This document shows positions 26,319 through 36,700 of a stretch of 64,000 nucleotides of DNA, piece by piece. The DNA is from Hyphochytrium catenoides (taxonomy: Eukaryota; Protista; Hyphochytriomycota). The stretch spans positions 76,382-140,381 of the forward strand of contig FLMG01002864.1 in NCBI GenBank assembly GCA_900088475.1, in the 5' to 3' direction. Position 1 is the stretch's first letter. Every line of letters starts with the position of its first letter. The position numbers were made by a program, and so were the translations under genes. The notes under the pieces are model-generated. The model had not been told where the DNA came from. It saw only the letters and a list, made by a program, of their open reading frames with translations, and did no database searches.

Positions 26319-28481
26319 ATGTCAAGTCCTGAAGCTGGTAGTCGTTATGGCAAGAATAGTCTGAGCTACATTAAGCTTGCAACGGTCTATAAAAGGGATG
26401 GGAGGCTTAAGACAATCTGGCGTGAGATGACAATGGTCGTTACAGAGTCAGCCATCCTCCTCTACAAGGACAAGACTGACGTCCAGCTCTCAGGTCCCAT
26501 ATTATAGCCTTTCACTCCTTTGGTTCCACCTCATCTGTGGGATTAACCTTAAAATCTATGTTCCCCATCTCTCTTGGACTGCCCTGCTTCCCTTTTGTCT
26601 TGGGTGCAGCATGAACTCCATCAATCTTTGAATGTTCCTCCTCCTCCTTGTCATCAATATCGCGGCGCTTGGATCGCCTCCTTATGATTAGAGTCTTCTC
26701 TTCCCTATGATCTGATTTATCAACCATGCTCCACTTGATGTTCTTCGTGCCTTACTCTTAGCGTTTCTCTCCTAACAAATCTTTATCCTAGACCCACATC
26801 TAGTGATCGACGTGGGGAATATTCGCGCCGTTCAGAAGCGGCTCGTCTGGTCATCACTACACGCCTTCAAAGTAAAACTCTACCGCGGCCGAAGCGTCAC
26901 ACTTGCGTGCAGCACCAAGGAAGAGGTGAGGCGGGGCAGAAAAGCTCGCTAGCAAGATTTAACATGTTGAGAGAATTCTGTTTGAATAGGATAACTATCC
27001 TATCCCTGAAGTTAGATGACGTTTTGGCCTAGGATAGATTAGTATCTGAGGACGTGCAAAGACTCTAACCTGTGGTGCTCTTCTTTCGCAAACTGGGATA
27101 TCTCGATCCCTGTTCCAGCTGGAGGATAGTCTCGAGACTCTGCATCGGCTGCGGAACTCTTCCATCACCAGCTCTCCTAGGTAGGAAGTCCTCTCATGTC
27201 CTCTCCTGCTTCAAGTCACTTAATTCTGAGAGCACGGGCTAACGGTCGTAATAACTCAGCGAAGGGGATTCGTTATACTTCAGGGAGCCCGAGCCATCTC
27301 TCTTCGCTGATGGGCCTGAAAAGGCTTCCGTTGAAAGAGCCTTTCAAAGGCAAGTGGGTCATGGTTACCGAATCACATTTATCATGAAGCTCAACACTTT
27401 GCTGCTCGCATTGTATCTCCTTCCTGGTCAATGTTGCGTACACACTTTTTAACAAGTAGGTATGCAGATGAGATTGACTCCAATCTTATAATAGATGATG
27501 GGATAGTTGCGCTCCGGACAGATCTTGAAGACGACAAGGTAGTTACACTCTAAGAGTATGTCCAAGATCACACTGGAGCACTCATCAATGTGCCTTTTTC
27601 TATCACTGTATTTCTCTCTTGTATGGACCCACAAGGACGAGTTACTCATGTACATTCTGGCTTGGTATGCCCGATCGGAGACGCTGAACGTCCTGACCAA
27701 ACCAGAGTTCGAGCGCCTCCTGAAAGCGACCGGTACAACNNNNNNNNNNNNNNNNNNNNNNNNNNNNNNNNNNNNNNNNNNNNNNNNNNNNNNNNNNNNN
27801 NNNNNNNNNNNNNNNNNNNNNNNNNNNNNNNNNNNNNNNNNNNNNNNNNNNNNNNNTGCCAAACCTCAAAGCGGAACTCCTGGGAGAGTTATTCCCTGAG
27901 TTCTACCGTTTCTGCTTCACATTCTCGCTGAACGAAGGAGAGTATAGCGTGCCTAAGGTGCGACTTTGTCCCCTTCATCGTGTCCTCTTGATATTCGAAC
28001 CGGTAGCATAAAAAGCTTTGGTGGCGGTTTCTTCCGCTCACAGAATCTGTTCGCCTCCCATGACACATAATTGGATGGAAGATACGGCCAGATCTAATCG
28101 GGGACTTGTATGCAGGAATGGGCTGTTCCCTTATGGCTTGCAATCCTGAAAGATCAGTATCCAGTAGCTACCTACTGGTGCACATTTCTAGAGGTAAAGT
28201 AGCTCACTTGCTGTCTAGGGGCTTGACGTTGGTGGATGCTGACCAATTTTCTGTAGCAAAGACCCGACATCGAGACTGTTGACGAGGAGTTATGGACGGA
28301 GTTTTTTATTTATTTGAGGCGTCAGGAGACCATACAACCCCACGATGAAGGGTAAGCCTGAGCCCTACTCCCCGATAATAGATGGGCTCATAACCCTCAT
28401 CTCTGCAGCCCAAAGCTTGGCCCTCTTCTAGAGCAATTTCAGTCATGGCTGCTGGACAGCAAGAACATGATATCGTTATAG
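26319..28481 (+). CDS. PH domain + DCN1-like (DCUN1/PONY, cullin neddylation E3-like) domain protein, multi-exon, spans an N-gap
   Basis: N-terminal PH-like: IKLATVYKRDGRLKTIWREMTMVVT..LLYKDK..PHLVIDV..AFKVKLYRGRSVTLACSTKEELEDSLETL. C-terminal DCN1-like: VERAFQRYAD..IIDDGIVALRTDL, MYILAW..LTKPEF, LPNLKAEL..FPEFYRFCFTFS, EWAVPLWLAIL..YWCTFLE, VDEELWTEFF, HDEG..LLEQF. Confidence 0.75.
27740..27856. other. Assembly gap (N run)
   Basis: Run of n bases inside the PH-DCN1 gene. Confidence 1.
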
Positions 28482-28647
28482 CTCCGTCTCCCAAGAAGTC
28501 AAACTCTGGTATCTATCTCTCGTCCGGTGCCTCTCGTTGTCGATCTGCATTGCAGATCGAACACATCCCTACCAGCAGTGCTTAGCTTTCGCGACGGCAC
28601 TATCAAAGATATTTATTCCATCTAATTATGTGGCCTATCCATGCAGA

Positions 28648-28702
28648 GCCCTGCTACGCTTTCCATTGCGTAATGTTGCCCTGCTACGCTTTCCATTGCG
28701 TA
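28648..28702. repeat. 30-bp tandem duplication (GCCCTGCTACGCTTTCCATTGCGTA x2)
   Basis: Direct repeat read from the sequence, in the convergent intergenic region. Confidence 0.9.
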
Positions 28703-28907
28703 CCTCCACCCATTCACACATAGCTCTCGTAGGAGAAGTGTACGGGAAAGGTTTGTCGTTCTAAGCATCCTGGTTAAAGGCCTTTCGATACCAATGGAGG
28801 CAACGGCATGCAAGAGCAACAGCTTCACATCTAGCCCACCAGGATGGATTCTTTCCACAGGATGCTGAGCGTTGCACATTGAAAAGCGAAATTACTTTAT
28901 GCTGTGG

Positions 28908-31763
28908 TTACTTCATGCTAAATGCAAATGCAGATGACAACACGTCTTCCTCATCAAATAAGCCTGTTGGAGCGCGAAAGTTGAGTGGGGGGCCCTTCTT
29001 CTCCTTCGCCGAAATTTGTTGGTCAAACAACACCTTGTAAGTGAAGTCAACGAACTCAGAAAGCTCGTACTTCGGTTGCTTCTCTATTTTCTCCTCAAAC
29101 GCCTGCAGAGTCTGGTGTTAGGACTGGAGGTCTACGTAACAAAGAGGCATGCCAGAGTAGAGCCAAAATGGTATCGACTAAACCTCGAGGACTAAGAAGA
29201 GAGGGAGTTTAAGAGACAATAGGTGCATCTGGCAGTAAGTTTTTTGTCCATACCGCCCCCATTGTGGCCACAGCAGGGTTATAATGGCTCTTCATGGTAT
29301 GGAGCTCCCAAAGAGAGCTATCAAGTGCCCCACACTTTGCCATATCCAAAAGCTCTGGACGGAAAGGATCTCTTCCAGTGGAATCTGTGTTTCGTTCGCC
29401 AGTGCGGTGAATAAGTATCCGCAGCTCCGGGTGCCTCAGGAGCTGGTTGGAGGCGAACGGCATGATGAATAGGAGAGCCGCGGGTGGAGCTGTCAAGCTC
29501 ATGCGTGACAACTTTTTGACAAAAGCTGCCACCACATAGATTGGGAGGTGTGAGGAAGACAAAAAGAGATCGAGGAGGTAGAAGAACCTCGCCCTGCATG
29601 AGTAGAGTCAGGTGTTACTTTGATTGATATGAATGGAAGCGCAAGCCAAGGGCTAGATGTTGAAGGAACACAAGTGAACACATTAGTATGGGTGGAAGAG
29701 TGCTTGACGTGGGCGATAGTCGTTTGGGAAGCCCATACCTGTACTGAGCATGCAGGACGGATGGTTCGAGCAGCGAGTAGAGCTTATCATAGAACTTGGG
29801 GTAGTCTAGATTGTGCTCGGTGATAAGGACAAAGAGCCCATTCAGAGCTAGAAGGCTATCCGCTCCGCCTACCGCAGCCAGGATAGAAGATATAGAGACA
29901 CAGTCAAGAAGCAAAGTGAGAACAAGCTCAGCGCAATAGCCCCTGATCCTGGCAGCGACGAGCTTACCGAGGTTGTATGAGTCTGTAAGAAAGTCCGAAA
30001 GGAGGATGGGCTGCGACATGAACGGAATCACCTTCTCCGGAAGACGTAGTAGGATTTTCCGATACACTTCTTTGGCCAGCGGAAGACGCAGGAGCGCAAC
30101 CCAAGCGGCACTGAAGGCTTTCTTCACACTTTTGCTGTTGAACGCTGTGTGCCTGTCCCCATGGTCTAGCTCTGAAGCTTTTCGCTTCCCGCCAGTATCT
30201 TCATCTGGCAAAGAGAAAGTCTAAACAGTGAGGATCCACACCTATTTGAGAGGGAGCAAAGATGTGGACTGAACCTACCGCTGCTCTCCTCACTCTCTTC
30301 CTCTTCGGACACCCTGGCCAGCCTGGGTCGAAGAGAGTCTCCAACATCTACTAGAAGGGTATCTAAGCTTAAGAAGTACTGTTGCGGTTTAACCTGTCCA
30401 TGCAAACCGTGAGCTTTACATGACAAGATAGAGTGACAGACCGTCATTCCACTTACGCATGTAAGGAGGTCAAAGGCATTAGTAGAGAAGTCCTCAGGCG
30501 AGCATTTATCTAATTCCGACGGCCCCTCCGCTCCTGCTTGCAAGGATTTATTCTGCATACTTCTTCTTTTCGTCTCTATGAGGCTGTGAATATTGGCCAG
30601 CTAGAGGTGACGTTAGGCGGCCTGAATGAGGTAGCGGCCAGGCATACCGGAAAGGCAACAAAGGTAGAAAAAGGTAACAACAGGGGCCGCAGCAGTTGGC
30701 TTCTTCAACAAATTGTAATGAAACACTTACCAGGTAGTGCCGGACGTCAGCGTAAGGTGCAACATATTCTCCCTTGAACACGCTTAGCAGCTCACCCTTC
30801 AGGTGGCTGGTGATAAGCTACAGTTGTAAGGGGCGATCCCAATCATCAGGACAGTGGAGTCACGTAGGCGGGTTCGAGAGCCAGTGCCAACACAAGAATA
30901 GTTTTTCGGAGAGGATGAAGGCGTTGGAGGACACATGTTTGACAAACGAAGGAAGAACAAAGAGGCAGCATGGAGGACGTACCAGCTTCTTCACGACACG
31001 GGAGAACGTCTCGTTTCCGAACCTTTTATCTTCAAAACCTTTCAGATCGCCCTCTCGAGCCACGAACTCCATCAACGTCCGAAGTGAGAGGACCTTCAGA
31101 CAGGGCCGAATGACATAAGTTGATATGAAAGGGATTAAAGCCAACTCTTTAATAGAGAAGGATTAGGAAGTAAGACGGCCGGCGACACACCTGCAGATGT
31201 GTGTCTTGGGAATCGAGTAACCGCAATAAATAGTCAAAGTACTTGGACGCTTGGCTCCACAACCAGCTCCTGAACTTCTCAAGAGGAGAATCTCCTCCAG
31301 CTTCCGCATCTTCTTCAACACCTTCAGTGAGTGTCTTCCTTTTTTTTCCTGGGTTAATGCTACTCAGCCTTCCCAAGAAGTGACGGTCAACAGGTCTCGG
31401 GAGCGATTGCCTTACTCTGTGCTGCCCTGAGATCTCCGTTGTCAATCCAGTAAATAAATAGCCTCCTAAGAGAGTTTAGTGCAGCCTGCCGAATCGCCGC
31501 AACCTGCAAGAGACTATGTCAGGAACTTAATAGACCTCCATCCTCGTGTCAACAGTCTCACCTCTGACTTCTGCAGCAGCTTCTGAAGCTCCAGTATTCC
31601 TGCAGAGGAGAGTGTGAGCTCTAAGAACGGGATGATAAGCTCTCTTAAACTGACCATTAGCCTCGGTAGTCGACCCTTTTATCCGCGTCTCCGATAACTT
31701 TATCCTAGCGACGACGGCTTCCGTGTCCTCCTTTTCTTCCTTCTTCTCAGGAACCCTCCCCAT
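28908..31763 (-). CDS. NOC4L: Nucleolar complex protein 4 (CBF/Mak21 family), multi-exon
   Basis: YADVRHY, FSAAWVALLRLPL..YRKILL..VIPFMSQPILLSDFLTDSYNLGG..SLLALNGLFVLITEHNLDYPKFYDKLYSLL, FLSSSHLPIYVVAAFVKKLSRMSLTAPP, ALDSSLWELHTMKSHY. Confidence 0.93.
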
Positions 31764-32349
31764 GGCTGACAAGGCTACTTTTGCACCAGACACCTGGCAC
31801 GCGCTATGCTCTCGACTTCTGCTTCACCGCTATCCCGTCACTCCAGAAGAGGCCCAAGAGTGTGCTACCTTGACTTCGAGACTTCGAGACCAAGCTGCCA
31901 ATAATCTTCACTTCAAGCTCAGTTGATGTCTCTCTCTTCGCAGCATGTCCAGCATCAGAATCTCTTGCGAACAACCAACCAAAAGGACACAACTACAGGG
32001 GGAGGAGTGGATAGCTCACGGGGGAAGGCTGAACCCTTAAGTGAACCCTTAACACTAGTCCAGGGGTTGGTCTAGAGTGCTACTATCTGCTATCTATGAG
32101 TGCTGTACAAGCTTCATGAGCTTCAAGAGTCTCCCCAATAGTTCTATCTCACTGGCGCTCATCAGCAGGCGTCGCTTGCAGATGAAGCTCCAACAACCCT
32201 CCTTTGTCTACTCAGTGTCCTACGTTCTCCTGACTTGGCCATTTCAACCAGCGAAGCTCACATTCATCCCACTTTGGAGACGTTAATCGAAGATCGGAAC
32301 GGCGTGCTCAGCACTTAAGCGCATGTTAGGGTTTGCTGCTTGACGAACA

Positions 32350-32925
32350 ATGGTTAGGGATTTCGCAAGAGTTCCACCCATGGTTACGATCTGACTTAGA
32401 TTCCTTGCAGGCAGAGGATGTTACAGAAATTGTGAAGCGCATCAAGAGCCATGCAGGAGTTTTGGGGGTCATGGTAATGGACCAGCAGGAGAGGGTCATC
32501 TTCTGCGACCTCAACGACCAGCAGACCAAGGACCATGCATGCACGATTGCAGCGGTAAGTACAAGTGTTCAAGGAGCGATAGGTATTCAGCCAGTTTCTG
32601 ACCTAGCGTTTTTATCCACAGCTCTCGAAAAAGGCTAGCAGCACCGTTCGCACGCTAGATCCTCAGGTATACTTTCTGTTAGCTACGTATCAAACGTCTT
32701 TATGACCTCATGATGACTGTTCAGGACGAGCTGACCTTCCTGAGGGTGCGCTCAAAGAAGTATGAGATTATGGTCGCGCCAGGTCAGATATTGAATGCTC
32801 TCGAAGTGATATTGTTCTCATAGTGTTTCTATACGGCTCTGCCATACATAGATAAGGACTATCTGATGATAGTACTTCAAGACCCCAACGTCGCTAGGGA
32901 CAACATCCAACCCAACAAGAAGTGA
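32350..32925 (+). CDS. DYNLRB: Dynein light chain roadblock-type (LC7), 5 coding exons, the first being the ATG alone
   Basis: M|AEDVTEIVKRIKSHAGVLG..A|LSKKASSTVRTLDPQ|DELTFLRVRSKKYEIMVAP|DKDYLMIVLQDP. Confidence 0.93.
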
Positions 32926-33751
32926 TAAGTCGTCATGGAAGCAAACTTTACAACGGAAATGTTACTATTTTTGTTAGATCAAGCAGAAACTTCAGCCATG
33001 CACTTACATCCGCGGGACTCAACAATTTGAGCATATTATATGAGCCCATAATGGCATCAACAAGAACTGTGATGGCATGTCTGGCAGCCTCACTCCATAC
33101 TATAGAGATTTCTCGTCGTCCACGCGGAAGGCTGCCCAAGGGCTGATGCACGGCTAAGACTGGACCACCGCTAATGACCTTGTCCTCTCCGCCGCATCAT
33201 GCTCCAGATTTCCCAAGCGATCTCTTCGTCGACGTGATGATCTTCAAAAGATGTGTGCCGGTGCAGCGTCTGTCCCTTCGTCGATCGATTGATAACCGCG
33301 TCTGCATAAAGGTTTATTGATGGAAATCTTTCCGATGCTTTTGGTTTCAGATGAATGTTTCAGGAATACATGTAGTGTTATCTGTTGAACATATAGAAGA
33401 GTTCCTGGTTGAATTGTTCAACATAACTTTCGATATGGTCAGAAGACGGAAAGTGTTCGCATTTCTCTCTGGATGAAGCTCTCCTTTGTTTGTCTCTCAG
33501 ATATCGCTCCAGGTTGAAGATCGTCGCCTGAAGATCATTGCACTTTCTTCTCATCTAGGCTACCACTGGCCGTGTATGTCTATTATACAGAGAGAGTAGA
33601 GACCATGAAGATGGGTTAGAGTGTAGAAGAAGTGGCTTGGATTAGTCAATATCTCTCGCCTGCGATGGTCAGCGACGGCATCCAAAGACTGTCAGGATCC
33701 GCTTCTCTACAGATCTAAGTATGGAAGTTACTGCTGGGATCTGACCTGCAA

Positions 33752-36700
33752 ATGTCCCGTAGAGGCAAACCTAGTGGTCCGCCCAAAACAGGTGTGGCCG
33801 ACGAGCTGGAAGCCATCTTTGGAAGTTCCTTGGCCTCGGAGTCGAAGCGGGTACGTGCCACGAACAAGCCCGAGGATAGTGTGTAAAGCCCTTACGCCCT
33901 TTAAGCCGGCCCCCGGAGGCACTCTTTCAGGTGATGCAGCCAGAGTGAGGACTCCCAGCCAAGGCGTGGTATCAAGGTATCTTGGGCTAACAGAAGAGAA
34001 AGGTGCGCCTCATTTCTACCGTGGATGGGTCGTCACCTGGTGGTCTCCCCCTGGCCCGGACCTTCTGTCATCCTGCTCGCTTAACCCTTTCCTGAAGCTG
34101 AAACGCCTCCCACCTCGTTGCCGCTCTCTACCGTCGCTGACATCCGCAAACGCTGTTTCTATTTACTTTCTGGCTTGATTCCACCCGCTACCGCATTGTC
34201 CAGAAGACAGCGCGCAAGAGGCTCTCCTTCCAAGTAAGAAGCTAGTTCGCAAATTGACGGAGCAGCTTCGCGATCGGCTCGCTGTGGCAGAGAAGTCCCC
34301 CGGTTCAGATGTTGGACTACACATTAACTCAGCGTGCCTGCATTACCTCTGCCTCAAACTGGACTCTTATCTTGTTCCGCAAAGGAACAAAGCTGGCCTG
34401 GTGATGCGGCTTCTGTGTCTTATCAGTCTCTTGTCTGTATCTATGAGGTCCTTCACATCCGCATAAGCGCCTTGTCCCCTTACTTGTTATACGTGGGCTC
34501 TACTCTCTTCCATCATTCTCCACTATGCGTTCTTGCTCAATCATCTCTGACTTCCTGCTGTGCTATATCTCTCTCTCTGCCCGGTGGATTTGCGGCAGTA
34601 GGTAGAAGTCTGGTCTTTGAGGCCTAGCCATGGTGGGACAGAAGCATCGACAATGCTGTCCTCTCCCAACAGTCTTGGCGAAGGAGAAACTCAGGAGAAG
34701 ATGGAAGTTCTTAGACTTTCGAACCTCCTCCCTTTGGTTGCATCTTTGGAGCTAGTCAGCCCTCCTCCAGCTAAGATACGCTTTTCCTCGAAGAGTGACC
34801 TGTCGATCTTCCCAAGCCTCCGTCATATCTCTATCAATGGGCTGAAGGGTGAAGATATCGTCAACCTTCACCGCCACTGTCAGAACCTTCAGGCGAGTCT
34901 TGCTATATTATTAATCCTGTTTCCCAACCGGCATTCCGTCATCGCCTTCGCTGTCTCTCTAGGATCATACCTTCATCCGCCATTAAACACTGACTTCCAT
35001 CTCGTGGCGGTGTCAACTGTCTAGGAGTGTAGATTGGATCACTGTGAACTGCATTCATTCCAGGACGTAATCGATGGCCCCATGAAATCTATCTACTGGA
35101 AGAAACTGAGAAAAATTGACGTGAGAGGAGCTTCCTTGGCGGAGAAGACCGCGCTATCCTTTCTGCCCTATATGCATGCCCTTCAGGACCTTACTCTAGC
35201 TGAATGTGGCCTTAGAGCCCTTAGCTTTCCTCTCAAGGGACCACCTCTTCAGCGGCTAGACCTCAGACATAACGCATTGACCGATGTGAAGGGTTTGGAA
35301 AACTTGGCATCAACCCTTACGACCTTGAATATAAGAGGTAATAAACTTCGCGATCTCAAGGCTCTTTCAACCCTCCAGGCATTGAAGGTAATTCTATGGA
35401 AACAGATCTTTGTGCCCTGTTGATGATCTCTCTCTCTCTCTCTCTTTCTATCTCTTTCTATCTGTGTGTGTGTCTCTCTCTCTGCGTATGTGTGTGTGTG
35501 TGTCTCTCACTCTCTGTCCCCCATGCACACACACACATATAACCATCGACTCCTTGGTCCGCCTTGGTCACATTTCTTTTCTCAAAGTCTTTCGTCTTTT
35601 AAATTCTCGCCATGTAGATCTTGGACGTGTCGTCTAACCGGTTGAAGGACGCGAGTGTCTTAAGAGAGCTTTATAAAGCTAAACACTTGGAGTCAATATA
35701 CCTCTCGGACAATCCTCTAACCCACGCTCCACTCTACAGAGTCACGGTAAGCCGATAGGTCAATGTTGGTAGGAGAGAAGCCATGAAACACCCACGTAGA
35801 GGAGTGGATAATGCGTGGTCAGAGATAAAGACAACTTCAATTTGAGCGGCATAAAAGCTAAAGAAGATCTTAGGTTATGCAAATTCTTGGGACTCGCGTA
35901 ACTCTTGATGGTCTTCCCTGGACAACCCAAGAGGTAACCTACTTCTTGAGGTCACAGCATTCTGATCTGGACTTGGTCTCCAAGCTCTTCATTCCTTGCC
36001 TTCACTAGGCCTCTCTCCTTCCAAACCTTCCCGCCAAACTGACAGCACAACTGGTACTAACATGTTCATGGTAGTTATTGTCTCTGGCCGCTACTGAAGC
36101 CAGCACTATGAAGCCTACAAACGTTAGGATGACGGAGGTCTACATTTCTTTCTTACAACTGAATGCTGCTTCTTGTCCTCTGGCCTTGCGGATCTCTTCT
36201 AGCTATTTACACTCTCTCCTGGGCAGATCCAAAGTGCCTTTGGCCCGTACAGTACAGTTGGCACCAGTAATAGGAATCTGTCAGCAGTTATAACTCCGAG
36301 CACCAGAACTAATGTTCGGAGGTTGCGGAGGCGGAAGGAGAGGAACAAGAAGGTAGATAGCCAATAGAGCTTCATCGTTACCTCTTTTTCGCCCATGCTA
36401 ATATACCATCATATCCTCAATTCATCTCTCTCCGGACCTTAGATAGCAGTAATTGGACGAGGGGACTTGGTATTGAAGCCTTCTCCAAAGTCTGTGGAGT
36501 CTCTATCTCCGAACTTGCGCCACCTTTCACCAAAAGTAGACCAAGGAAGGGCTCTCAAAATGAGTGAGGGCGAGAGAAAAATAGAGACGTCAAGAGAAGT
36601 TGAAGAGAGAGGAGGAGAAAGAGCTCGGATGACCTTTGCTTCGGGTTTTGGTTCTGCACTCCTCGTGCCAGGAAGTATGGTGAGCCTCTATCGCTTGCTT

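Noticed and set aside
33234-33330. GTGATGA box C-like motif
   Set aside because: No box D (CTGA) or terminal stem at a suitable distance.
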